Source of the DNA: the human T2T-CHM13v2.0 reference genome, Homo sapiens
Assembly (NCBI RefSeq): GCF_009914755.1
Contig: NC_060946.1
Strand: one strand, 5' to 3'
DNA: 64,000 nucleotides
Position 1 is the stretch's first letter, and each line of letters begins with the position of its first letter. Below are positions 45,482 to 58,975 of the stretch, in pieces. The notes below the pieces were generated by a model. That model searched no databases, had not been told where the DNA came from, and was given only the letters and a program-made list of their open reading frames with translations. The position numbers and the translations under genes were made by a program.

Positions 45482-46064
45482 TTAATAGAATACCACAGAT
45501 TGCAGTTCTGCGCTCGCCTCAGTCTTTCCCTAGCAGGCTAAAACTAACAGCTGAGCCAGGACAGGGCAAGGGCAAGGCAGGAGACCTGAGTGGCAGGTGG
45601 CTGGCATAGGAGGTGGGGTACCTGGCAGCCTGGCACAGGGCAGGCTCTACAGTTCCTATGTACCTGGGTCCCTGAACTTTGCATGCCCCAAACACAGAGC
45701 CAGGTGATCCATCGGCAGCAGGGACGACAAAGTTAGACAAAAGACCAAAAGGAGCTGCTCTGACCACAAGCCTTTTCCATTAGGAATTTGTAACTCCCCA
45801 TCTCCAGAAAGGCAAACACCGAGATCCTACAGGCTGGCCCAAGCCAGGGGTAACTAGAATAGTGTTGTTCTGAGAAGCCAAACTAGTCAAGGACTAGCAA
45901 GACCCATGGCTTGGATAAAAAGAAGATTCCCCCAAATCTGGTTCATTTATTTGCTAGTTCCCTCTGCCTTCCTCATATGCTGCTGAAAGATGGGGAGGGC
46001 ATGCACACACTCCTGTAGCACCTAGGTTTGTCACACATCTCTATAGAGGACATCAAAACCCAAC

Positions 46065-46425
46065 TGTGTGTGGCATCGGCGCACAGCTGAAAACCACTCG
46101 GCAATAAAAAGGAATGAGCTACTGACAGATGTGACATGGATCAATCACAAAAACATCATGCTGAGCAAAGCAGCCAGATGCAAAATAGCACCCACTGTGT
46201 GTGTCTATGTGGATGAAATTCGAAACCAAGCAAAACCAATCTACAGTGACAGATTAATGTTTGCCAGGGCCAGGGGGCAGGGTGGGGGACTGACTTCAAA
46301 GGGACACAAGGAAATTTTGGAGCAATGGAAATATTCTGTCTTGACTGAGTCATACAGGTGTTTCCACTTGTCAAAGCTCCTAAAAGGATGCATTCAATTG
46401 TATGTAAACTAATACCTCAATAAAG
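46065..46425 (+). mobile_element. Old L1 3'UTR fragment
   Basis: GCAATAAAAAGGAATGAGCTACTG...CATGGATCAATC...ATACCTCAATAAA. Confidence 0.75.
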
Positions 46426-46910
46426 AGGAAGAAGGCGGGAGAAGGAGGGGAAAAGAAGGTGAGAAAACAGGAGAAAAGGAAGAAAAGCCCCCAGCAGAAG
46501 TCTAGTAACAGAGCTTCCTTCCTACCCAGCGTCTGCATCTGCAATACAGTGGTGACTGACATTAACCAAGAACCACAAAGTGCCTCAGATTCAAAAGATT
46601 AAAGTAAGTTCTGTGTCATTTTAGCCCAAGTGTATTTCTTGGGCCTCAATTCTTGGAATAACTGATCCTCTACCAATGACTTTGGTAGAGGATCCAAATG
46701 GTCCACTTTCTAACCAGGCTAGCTTGGGTTCTTCCCACTAGCACCGCGATGAAAGGCATGACAATGACAGTTCAGTGACCTGGAAGTGGCAGGTGTCAGC
46801 AATAGGTTTCAATGGCTGCTAGACAGTAAACCAGTAAAATTTAATATGATAATTTAAGGCATTAGTTTCTCTCTTCAAATAAGTAAATCTTAAATTCTAG
46901 AAACCTACTA

Positions 46911-46961
46911 TAATCATAAATAAATAAATAATCATAAATAAATAAATAATCATAAATAAAT
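46911..46961. repeat. 18-bp AT-rich tandem repeat (~2.8 copies)
   Basis: (TAATCATAAATAAATAAA)n. Confidence 0.9.
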
Positions 46962-47094
46962 TATGTGAAAATGTGATAGGTCAATCTTTTTCATATTTTT
47001 CTTTTGGCTGAGAACAGGGTAGTGGCTATTTGCAAATCCTACTTGTTAGCCTTTCATATGTTTCATGAACCAAGATGTAAATAGAGCCATCTTG

Positions 47095-47380
47095 GGCTGG
47101 GCGCGGTGGCTCACGCCTGTAATCCCAGCACTTTGGGAGGCTGAGGCAGGCGGATCACGAGGTCAAGAGATCGAGACCATCTTGGCCAAAATGGTGAAAC
47201 CCCGTCTCTTTGAAAAATACAAAAATTAGCAGGGTGTGGTGGTGTGCACCTGTAGTCCCAGCTACTTGGGAGGCTGAGGCAGGAGAATTGCTTGAACCTG
47301 GGAGGCGGAGGTTGCAATGAGATCGTGCCCCTGCACTCCGGCCTGGCGACAGAGTGAGACTGCATCTAAAAAAAAAAAAA
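47095..47380 (+). mobile_element. AluS-type SINE
   Basis: Full dimer with A-tail. Confidence 0.95.
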
Positions 47381-48611
47381 AGCCACTTGTCTTTACTCAT
47401 CCAACACGTGTACATAAAAAGGAATAAACCAAGCCAAATGTCTAACATTCTCTATCAAAGAAGAAGGTCCCAGGACAAAGCAAAGCTAAGTATCAGTTCT
47501 ATCTTTGGCAAAGGAGAAAATGTTAAAACCCTTTACATAAGCTTCTTTGCTTCTCTGGCACTTGTCCAAAGATTTTTTTAACAGTGAAGTGAGACTAATT
47601 AATGGAGACAGCCCAATTGAGGAAAAACTTGAAAGCACCAATGTGATAGAGGGAACATGTTAATTTTTTTCTTATGCATTTTATAGAATCCCCAAATGCC
47701 ACAGAAGAAGCAACATCTAGATTTCTAGCACATCTCAGTTAAGATGTCACGCAGCCTCATGGTCCTGGCAACAGCTTGAGCCTTCTCTGGGCAACACATT
47801 AAAAATGGAAGATGATCCAAGAAAGATCTGAAATTCAAAAGGAATGTGAGCAAGGTTCCTGGTGAGTCTGTGGGTATTTTCAGGAATAAAGTCAGGGGCA
47901 TGTTATGTTAATGTTTTATCGGTGTGATTTTTTTCCCCTCATTTATTTATAGTTTAATTCAGCCATCTGACAAATATTTTTCAGCACTGTCCAGGCTCTG
48001 GAAGTTACAAACTAAATAATTAACTTAAACGAACTTGTCCGTAAGCAGCTTCAAGTCTGGTAGGGTAGACGGACGAGTACCCAGAGGACCATGCAGGGTG
48101 ACAGGTGCTCCGTAACAGAAACTAGGCAGGGAATGTGGAAGGTGGGGCTGGGACAGGGGGCCAGGAAGAGATGTGAGAAGATGCCCAGGAAGGCTGGACT
48201 CTGAGCTGAATCACGTAAACAAGGGCCGTGTCCTGCTGCACCTCTGGCTGTGGCCTCCCCTCTTTGGCTGGGGCTTCCTCCTCCCTCAAAGGAGAGCAGG
48301 GACCAGATAGAAGATCCCAATGTTACTGATCAGGGCTTTTTCCTGAGGGCAGGAAAGGCAGCCAACACAAGGCCGCCAACTTTATTTTGCCCCCTAAGGA
48401 CATTTAAAAAAGAAAAAGACCTATCACTCCCATTATTTCATTTCAGACATTTTAACACCAAAAGACAGGTAATACAACCCCAGAATCAATGAAAAGCCTT
48501 AAACTAAAGATCTTTAACTTTGTAACAGAATAATTATACTGTTGGTGTTTCATCGTCTAGCATGATAGTGAAACTGGCATTGTGAGTTGGTGTTTAGAAA
48601 CCCTGCAAATG

Positions 48612-48963
<352 letters not shown>

Positions 48964-49520
48964 TTATACACGCTCCTCAGATCTTTATATACAATGATAT
49001 ACTCAGGATATACACTCATGATAACCTTGCAAGGTGGGAGTACTGCGCCAGTTTTCAGATGAGAAAACTACAGGTTTGGGGAAGTGGCTTGCCCACAGTT
49101 GCACAGCAATGGTAGCGCGGGAAGCTGCAACCCTGGCTCCCTCTGACGGCCGAGTGTGTCCTGGACCTCCACAAACAGCGTGACACTGCAAGACAGCTGT
49201 GGGTGATTGCAACGGCTCCTCCCAGAACTAAACATCTGTTTCACTGTTGTTGTTTTGGGGAAGGCAAAGGAAGAGTTCAAGTCTGCCACCTTTTTTTTCA
49301 TAGTCCCTAATAACCAACTCAAACCCTTAGTGAAACCAGGAAGGGTATAAATATGTAAGAAAATGAAATCGTGGTGCCAAGCATTCCAGGACGCTACCAT
49401 TATCTTCTCCCTTCTCCTTCTATATTTTGGATCAGTGCTGGGGAAAAAGAAAATGGGCAAGATGGGAAAAGAAATAGGTAGCATTTGAACCCTTATTCGA
49501 GATTTTCAATACTTGGCATG

Positions 49521-50099
49521 TGTCATGGTTAGTTTTAGAGTTTTAGGTGTCAACTTGACTGGAACACCTAGGAAAACCTAGAAACCTAGTAAAGCCTGAT
49601 TTTGGGGTGTGTCCATGGGGCTGTTTCCAGAAGAGACTAGCACATTAGTGTGAGTGGATGAGGTGGGGAAGAGCCACCATCAATAAGGGCAGGCACCATC
49701 CAATCTGCCGGGGGCCTAAAAAGAACAAAAACAGGAAAAGGGCAAATGTGTCTATCAATGTCCTGGAGCTGGGATGCACTCACCTCCTGCCTTGGGCCAC
49801 GGAACCCCAAGCTTGCCAGCCTTTGGACTCCTGGACTTATACCAGCGGCCCCTGGGTTCTTAGGCCTTCAGCACTGGACTGAGAGCTACATGACTGGCTT
49901 CTCTAGTTCTGGGGCCCTCAAATGTGGACTGAGCCCCACTACCGGCATCCCAGAGTCTCCAGCTTGCAGGCAGCCTGTCATAGAATTTCTCAGACTCTAC
50001 AACCATGTGAGCCAATTCCCCTAATAAACTGCTTCTTATCTATCTATCTCCATCCATCCATCCATCCATCCATCCACCCTATTGGCTCTGACTAATACA
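49521..50099 (+). mobile_element. MLT2-type (ERVL) solo LTR
   Basis: TGTCATGGTT...GTGTCAACTTGACTGG start; GCCAATTCCCCTAATAAA; CTAATACA end. Confidence 0.85.
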
Positions 50100-50661
50100 G
50101 CCACGTAGTAAGTATACATCTAAAGCCTCTAGGCAAGTGTTACATAAATACAACTTAAAAGACATGGTCACTAACTTCTAAAAGCTTCCATTCTCAGTTT
50201 GAAATATGGAGATAATTATAAATAGAATACCAACTATAAACTTAAAAGTGTATCTCATTTTACAAATTTCTTTTCAACAAATGATCATGACATTACATGG
50301 TAAACTTTCTTTGTATTCTATAAATGTATTCCAACTAATCTGTAACCTCATTTCAATTGGAATTCTTTTCTGATGGCACACCAGTGATTTTTCTCCCTGA
50401 AAGATGTTAAGGAATATTATTATTACCCTGTTATTAGCAGTACCACTTAACACTGGTTTAGATGCAAGTTTTTCTTCTTATGGAGGCCTTGGGGAAGAAC
50501 CAAATACATTTAAGATGAGTAATCCTCCCACCTCAATAACTCTGGCAACGATGACCATTGTAACACCGGCATTATCCAAGCAATATGGGATTGATTATCG
50601 CTGTAGATTGGAAATAGTTTTCCCTTCTCCTACGTAGTTTCTACGTAGAAAGTAGAAACTA

Positions 50662-50945
50662 GGTCAGGCACAGTGGTTCATGCCTGTAATTCCAGCACTC
50701 TGAGAGGCCGAGGCATGATGATCGCTCGAGTCCACGTGTTCGAGACCAGCCTGGGCAACATGGAAAGAACCCATCTCTACGAAAAATTTTTAAGCTGGGC
50801 TTGATAGTGCACAGCTGTGGTCCCAGCTACTCAGGAGGGTGAGGCTGCAATGAATCATGATCCCACCACTGCACTCTAGCCTGAGTGACAGGGTGAGATG
50901 CTGGCCCTTAAAAAAAAAAAGAAAAAGAAAAAAAAAAGAAAAGAA
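50662..50945 (+). mobile_element. AluJ-type SINE
   Basis: Diverged dimer; TSD AGAAACTAG. Confidence 0.9.
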
Positions 50946-51229
50946 ACTAGAATGACCCCCCGTTTCAACAAGTATCAACACATGGCCAATCCTGTTTCAC
51001 CTGTGATGTGAAAACTGTAGAATGCTCACAAAATCACAGAACCCAAATGCATCTCCACCTGACCTGGCATGCCCCCTTCGACACTGGCACCACAGCCCAA
51101 GTCCTCACGCTGGGAAGAGGCACAAAGCAAGCAGAGCAGGGTCCTGGCCTGAAGGGATCAGCAATCTTTTGGGGAACCAGTGCCACCTGAATCACATTTA
51201 AAAAGGAGAACGACTAAAGTAAACCCGCA

Positions 51230-51605
51230 AGGTTAACATCACGGTGGTGAGTCATGGCAGTATCAGGTGCCTCCTGAGATGATGTAATGAAAAGGGCACT
51301 TCACCTCTGTGGGACTCTCCCCAAATTCATCCACCAATCTAATACTAGGAAAAATCATCAAGGACCTGGATGGGATCCTAGAACTGCAAGAAAACATCAG
51401 TGGGAAAACTGGTGAAATCCAAAGAAAGTCCATAGTTTATTCAGTAATACTGCATCAATGTTAATTTCTTAATTTCAAAAAATAAGCTATGGTTACATAA
51501 AATGTTAACATTAGAGAAAGTCAGGCAAAAGGTAGACAGGAACTCTATTAGTTTTGCAACTTTTCTGCACATATAGAATTCTTGTAAAATAAAAAGTTTA
51601 TTATA
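51230..51605 (+). mobile_element. L1MC/MD-type 3' fragment
   Basis: GGATCCTAGAAC...GTGGGAAAACTGGTGAAATCC...AAATAAAAAGTTTA. Confidence 0.75.
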
Positions 51606-52098
51606 GAAATAATAATACAAAAGTTTAACGAACATTCATTACGTCCTTTGCAAAAAGGAGTCAGGGACAATGTGGTCTTCTTTTTAAAATTTAGCCAAGG
51701 AAGATGAAGCCTAAAGAAATCAAATGATTTGTTAAAATCTTTAAGTAAGCAAGCACCTGGAAAGGAAGGCAGGGCCCCGTGTAAGCTGATGTCACCCGAG
51801 GTGCTCCATGGCAGTGCACCACCAGATATGGAGTGCTTGTGGTAACAAGCAGTGCTGACCATGAGATGGGAGGCTGGCCTGCAGCGCCTCCCCACGCCAC
51901 CCACAGCTGTGCGGTCAGACAGCGACCCAGGCTCCCTGCACCACCCTGCCCTGCCCCCAGCCTCTCCACAGCCCTCTCTGCTACAGCCTACCCCTGCACC
52001 ACCTCTCACCACTCAGCAGTTTCTGAGGGTCTGCAGGCTAACGCTAAGCTAAAAACAATGAAAGGAGGTGGCATTACAAACCACCATGATAAAAATAT

Positions 52099-53533
52099 TC
52101 TCCCTCTCCCTCTCCCTCCACGGTCTCCCTCTGATGCCGAGCCAAAGCTGGACTGTACTGCCGCCATCTCGGCTCACTGCAGCCTCCCTGCCTGATTCTC
52201 CTGCCTCAGCCTGCCAAGCGCCTGGGATTGCAGGCGCGCGCCGCCACGCCTGACTGGTTTTTGTATTTTTTGGTGGAGACGGGGTTTCGCCGTGTTGGCC
52301 GGGCTGGTCTCCAGCTCCCGACCGCAAGTGATCTGCCCGCCTCAGCCTCCCGAGGTGCCAGGACTGCAGACGGAGTCTCGCTCACTCAGTGCTCTATGTT
52401 GCCCAGGCTGGAGTGCAGTGGCGTGATCTCGGCTCGCTACAACCCCCACCTCCCAGCCGCCTGCCTTGGCCTCCCAAAGTGCCAAGAGTGCAGCCTCTGC
52501 CCGGCCGCCACCCCATCTGGGAAGTGAGGAGCGTCTCTGCCTGGCAGCCCATCGTCTGGGATGTGAGGAGCCCCTCTGCCCGGCCACCCAGTCTGGGAAG
52601 TGAGGAGTGTCTCTGCCCAACCGCCACCATGTCTGGGAAGTGAGGAGCGTCTCTGCCCGGCCGCCCATCGTCTGAGAAGTGAGGAGCCCCTCCGCCGGGC
52701 AGCCGCCCTGTCTGGGAAGTGAGGAGCATCTCTGTCCGGCAGCCGCCCCGTCCGGGAGGTGGGGGGTAGCCCCCGCCCGGCCAGCCGCCCCATCCGGGAG
52801 GGAGGTGGGGGGCAGCCCCCGCCCGGCCAGCAGCCCCGTCCGGGAGGGAGGTGGGGGGCAGCCCCCGCCCAGCCAGCAGCCCCGTTCGGGAGGTGGGGGG
52901 CAGCCTCCACCCGGCCGCCGCCCCGTCTGGAAGGTGGGGGGTGCCTCTGCCCGGCCGCCCCGTCTGGGAGGTGAGGAGCCCCTCTGCCCGGCCGCCACCC
53001 CGTCTGGGAGGTGTACCCAGCAGCTCATTGAGAACGGGCCATGATGACAATGGCGGTTTTGTCCAATGGGGGGGGGAAATGTGGGGAAAAGAAAGAGAAG
53101 TCGGATTGTTACTGTGTCTGTGTGGAAAGAAGTAGACATAGGAGACTCCATTTTGTTCTGTGCTAGGAAAGATTCTTCTGCCTTGGGACGCTGTTGATCT
53201 ATGGCCTTGCCCCCAATCCCGTGCTCTCTGAAACATGTGCTGTGTCCACTCAGGGTTAAATGGATTAAGGGCGGTGCACGATGTGCTTTGTTAAACAGAT
53301 GCTTGAAGGCAGCATGCTCTTTAAGAGTCATCACCACTCCCTAAGCTCCAGTACCCAGGGACATAAACATTGCGGAAGGCCGCAGGGTCCTCTGCCTAGG
53401 AAAACCAGAGACCCTTGTTCACATGTTTATCTGCTGACCTTCCCTCCACTATTGTCCTATGACCCTGCCAAATCCCCCTCTCCGAGAAACACCCAAGAAT
53501 CATCAATAAATACTAAATATATATATATATATT
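52099..53533 (+). mobile_element. Near-full-length older SVA (A/B-like)
   Basis: Short (TCTCCC)n, Alu-like region, VNTR and SINE-R keeping LTR5-like GGGGAAAAGAAAGAG and an AATAAATACT end; tail decayed to (TA)n. Confidence 0.93.
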
Positions 53534-54089
53534 TTAAACCACCACCATTTTAGAAAAATAGTTCCTTATACATCTAGGAAAAAAAGATATGATCAGAACT
53601 GTGCACTAGGAAACCTGAAGTTGTAGCTCTGCACCAGGATGGGCCCAAAGTGGCCAAAGGAGAATTCCACCTCTGGGCTTTCCGACCTGGACACCACGCC
53701 AGGAAGCACACAGTCTACTGCCTCACTCTAAGAAAAGTCAGCCATGCTTTTACTTTTTTTTTTCTTATGTTGCCCAGGCTGGACTTCAACTCCTGGGCTG
53801 AAGCCATGTTCCCGCCTCAGCCTCCTGTGTACCTGGATTACAGATGCATGCCACTGCACCCAGCTCAACCGTGCTTTTAAATGGCTTTGAATGTGCTTCT
53901 TTATAACAGCATCTTCCTACATTTCAGACAGGACAAAATTCTAGAAATAAAAGCACACACCTGGATTTTCTAATTACGAACAGCATGTGAGGATTGTTCA
54001 TTGTGAACCAGATTTATCATGACTTTTATGGCTGGGGTCAATACGGAAGTAAGAACTTTGACAGGGCAGTCATATATCTGCCCACATAC

Positions 54090-54176
54090 TGCAGCAAACA
54101 CATCTGGGACATGACCGTCAGCTCAAACAAGAATATCAGTGAAATATTCCTATCCAAAATGCCCTGCAACAAATTA
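54090..54176 (-). other. Candidate 87-nt exon
   Basis: cttctcgctttctctccttatctttcag| ... GCA|gtatgt; single open frame NLLQGILDRNISLIFLFELTVMSQMCLL. Confidence 0.3.
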
Positions 54177-55540
54177 CTGAAAGATAAGGAGAGAAAGCGA
54201 GAAGTGGTGTTTTTAAAACAATCTTTAAAAAGAAAAAAGGCAGAAGACACTGTAAAAAGTATTTCCAGAACAGAAGGTTCAAAATGACAGACTCTGTCAC
54301 AGGTCTCGCCCACAAGGCAATCCCTCCTGAGCAACTTCATTATTTCCACTTGCTCAGGAATTGACGAGCAAAACACAGGTCAAAACTTCCCCAGTGCTCT
54401 GAATTATGCAACTGGGAATCTGTACCACACTGTTTTTTGTCAACAAGGCTCCACTGAAGCTTCCTCCTTTAACTTCTCATTGAGAAAAAGACTCCAGATG
54501 CTTTCCCCATTCATTTTTCAAATGTTTCATTCAATCAGAAACTCTACATATACACTTTGGAATTTACACATTTGATAGCTGCAAAGCTCGCAAGCAAGCT
54601 CTCCAGCCAACATGCCTGCCTGTCTCCGCCCAGGTGTGGCAAGCCCCACACTTGTGCCACGCATGGCCCCCTGCCCCATAAACCCAGACTGGGTTGGCTG
54701 CTCTCCCCTGTAACTGACACAGAAACAGGCCTGCTACACTCCAGTCTTAGGCCTGGGCCCATCCTCCACTCCCGTCTCCATCATCCCTCATTGCCCTTGT
54801 TTCCTTGGCACCTAGCACAGGGCTTAGGGTCTAGGGGCACAGCATATGCTAAAAGAGGAAAAGAGAAAAGCCCACGAGAGAAATGGCAGCCTCATCCTTG
54901 GGGACACATAGCTCAGGTGTGGATGCCAAGTACCAAGAACAGAAGCGTAGCCTTAACTTGTAGCCTGATACAAATGCCAGCTCACAGCCCACGAGCTGTG
55001 GAATCGCAATTCAATTTACCTCAGAGCCTCTGTTTCCTCACCTGTATAAAAAGGACCAGCATCTCCCACCTCACATGTTACCAAGTGGATTACATGAGAT
55101 AAAGCACCTGGCCTGGTGCCTGGCAGCTCACTGTTGTCCTGAAATCTATGTAAGTCTCCTTCCCTCCGTATCCCTATGTCGACTCTGCTTCCGGTTATCC
55201 GCCATCCAGTGTACCATGACTAGGTACAATGAAAAACAAAAGCCAGTTCCACCAAGGGCCTGGCGCCTGAACCGTCTACCCAAGGCCCTTTCCCATGAGC
55301 ACCAAATAGCAGGTGCCATACCCAGAGCATTCACCTGTTAATTAGATATGATCTACTTCTAAACAGTAGGGAAGGATGCCAGCTCCCCTTTGCCAATGAT
55401 TTCCATTCCCTCAATGCTCCTGGTCTAAGCCACGCCTAACTCCTCCCCACTGGAGAACAGTAGAGGAGAGTGCTCTTCCTGGTGAGTAGGGGCAGAAGTA
55501 CCACATACAGGCTTCTTGTCTGGGTAGAGGCCATCCATTA

Positions 55541-56071
<531 letters not shown>

Positions 56072-57714
56072 CTACTACATTGTAACAAGGGTGGCATTTT
56101 GGTCTTGTTCTGACACTCACATCACCCTCTCTAAGGTCCAATCTGTATCAGTTTAACCTACTGACTCCCTTAAATCCAATGCCAATACTCAGTTATTAGC
56201 ATGGAGGACGCTCCCACCATATTCACCACAAGTTTTAGTACTTTCACAGGATACAGAAATCCATTAGAGAAAGTCCCCATTCTTGTGGTTTACTCATAAG
56301 ACAAATAAAACTAAAATATATCTATTAAAAGGTAGAAAGGGGGCTGGGCATGGTGGCTCATGCCTATAATCCCAGCACTTTGGGAGGCTGAGGCAGGAGA
56401 ATTGCTCGAGCTCAGGAGTTCGGGCAAGACCCTGTCTCTACAAAAATAAAAAATATATACAAATATATATATATATAGCATGCACACAATGAAAAATTAT
56501 CCAGCTGTAAAAATGAATGAAAAATGAAATTTGCAGATTACTTATGAGTCTCTTTTTATAAAATTCATAAACAAAAATAGAATATATTATTTACAGATAC
56601 ATGTGTATAAGTATTCTTTTTTTTTTCCCTTTTTCTAACCAGAGCCTTGTCAATATTCTTTAAAAAAAAAAAAAAGGTGCAGGAATGATGAACTATTCTA
56701 GAATGCCTTTACCCCCTGGCAGGGAGCACCCACTAGGAGTTTCCCTGTGGTGCACAGTGGTTTAGTTCTCCAGCTAGGAGGTTGGTTCCCAGGCATTTAT
56801 TAGTATGTTCCAAAACTTATATATCCATCACCTCTTATTTTACATGAATTTTAAGTTATCTAAGAAAACATTTCTAAACTAGGGGTAGATGAGAGAAATG
56901 CTGTAAGACAGACACAAGAAAAAGACCCACTGATAGATGTTCAACAAATACCAGGCCAAAAGCGGGCCAATGCTGAGACACCCTGGCCCCCATGGCTTTC
57001 CAGGCCAGTCTGGAAGGTCCAATCTGAGCTGAAACCCTACAGAGTTCACAGCATTGAGGCCTTCCCCTCCTCTGTCATTTGGAGAACATTCATCATCTTA
57101 TTTTGCATGTAGGAGAGGAAAAGGGGGCTAGAAACTATGCCTGTGCTAATTCTTCACCTAGAGGGAGTACAGAACCTTGGCACCTGCCAGGCTAACCCAC
57201 CCACTGCTGACCCTCCTCACTCTAAATGTCACAGGTAGTTCTCAAAATGCCTCCAGGCTTATCACTTTAACGATCCTCTTCCCAGCCCAACCCCAGGAAT
57301 TCCTGGTTCCTATAGAGCAAGGCCAGAAGCTACACCCTGGTGAAAGGCCACTGGCAAGCGCAGGCCTTAATGCACACTTGCTCCAGACAGAGCAGAGGCA
57401 ACACTGGCCAGCCCAGGCGACAGACTGGCTCCTCTCCCCAAAAGCCTGACAAGTCCACAGGATCATCGATTTGAGGCAACAGTGCTAAATGCAGGCCTCC
57501 CTGTCATGCCTGGAGTGTCACAGAATGGCCACTTAACAGGCTTGCTGCTGGGTGTTGGCACCTATTTCTGTATTTATGTAGATTCTATGACTGTTTTAGA
57601 TTTTCATTAAGATTAGCGGCAGAATTGTATTACATGCCTTTTAAATATGCTAACATAACCACATGGGTTTTCTTTTTAATGTGATACAGTGAATTGTGAT
57701 GTATAACATTAACT

Positions 57715-57930
57715 GAGCACTTATTATGCACCAAACCCAGGTCTAATCATTTCACAGATACCCCATTTCGTCCTTCCATCAACCCTATACAGCAGTATTG
57801 TAATTGTCCTGCCAATTTTATAGATGAGGAGACTGAAGCTCAGGGAGATTAACTAATTTGGCTAACGTCAGAGAATTAGTAAATGGCAGGACTGGGGCAA
57901 ACCATGCTCTAATCCCTGAGCTAGAAGTTT
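57715..57930 (-). mobile_element. MIR SINE
   Basis: TTTTATAGATGAGGAGACTGAAGCTCAGGGAGATTAACTAATTTG. Confidence 0.75.
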
Positions 57931-58604
57931 CTCCAGCCGACACAATACCTCATGTTATGCTATCCTTGCATTGCTAGAGTAAACCTTGTTTGGTCATGAA
58001 AAATTAATCTTTTAATACACTACTGTATTCAAATTATTATTTGATTTAGAAACCTACTTTAAAATGTTGCAAATATATAAACATATATATGCATTAATAG
58101 ACACATATTACATTCATATGAGACTGATCTGTAATTTCATTTAGACCATGGATGGAAGAAGAAACAAACATTTTTACAAAGAAATAGAAATAGAAATTTG
58201 CAAAAAATCTTAAAATTTTATGGCAAAACACACCTAAACAATGTAAAAACAAACTATAGAAACAATAGCTGGGGACACATTTGCAATGCACACAACAAAT
58301 AATTTATAGCCCTAATATACAAAGAGTTCCTAAAAATTCAAAACAATCCAGTAGACGGAAAAACGGAGAAAGGATATAGGTATGGAATTCACAGAAGAAA
58401 AAATAAAGAAAAAAGGTGAAATGGTGCTCAACCTCACCAGTACTCAGGAAAACACAAATTAAAATAAAAGTGCTCCATAGAAACAGAATGGTGAAAAACA
58501 GTTTTTAGTTAAAAATAATTAAGACTATAATACCATTTTCAGCCATGAGATTAGCAAAAACAATACAACATCTAGCACTGGTGGAAATGCCCAGTAAAAG
58601 GGGT

Positions 58605-58975
58605 TGATATGGTTAGGCTCTGTGTCCTCACCCAAATCTCACGGCAAATTGTAATCCCTGTGTGGCAGGGGAGGGACCTGATGGGAGGTGATTAGATCAT
58701 GGAGGCGAATTTCCCCCTTGCTATTCTCATGACAGTAAGTGTGTTCTCGGAGATCTGAAGCATGTGGCACTTCCCCCCTCACGCTCTCTGTCTCTCTCCT
58801 GCTCTGCCATGGTAAGACACGCTTGCTTCCCCTTCCACCATGATTGTAGTTTCCTGAGGCCTCCTAGCCATGCTTCCTGCTAAGCCTGTGAAACTGAGTC
58901 AATTAAACCTCTTTTCTTCATAAATCACCCAGTCTCAGGTGGTTCTTTATAGCAATGTGAGAACGAACTAATACA
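58605..58975 (+). mobile_element. MST/THE1-type (MaLR) solo LTR inserted in an old L1 fragment
   Basis: TGATATGGTTAGGCTCTGTGTCC...AACTAATACA; 5-bp TSD GGGGT. Confidence 0.92.

Noticed and set aside
47794-47830. Faint resemblance to the U6 snRNA 5' region
   Set aside because: Too short and gapped, and the ACAGAGA box is absent.
52342-53337. 331-aa and 280-aa ORFs, and the many ORFs at 61.3-63.9 kb
   Set aside because: They are stop-poor readings of GC-rich SVA VNTR and SINE-R sequence, not genes.
58368-58379. ATATCCTTT U12 donor-like motif on the minus strand
   Set aside because: It lies inside an old L1 fragment where similar words are common, and has no upstream exon.
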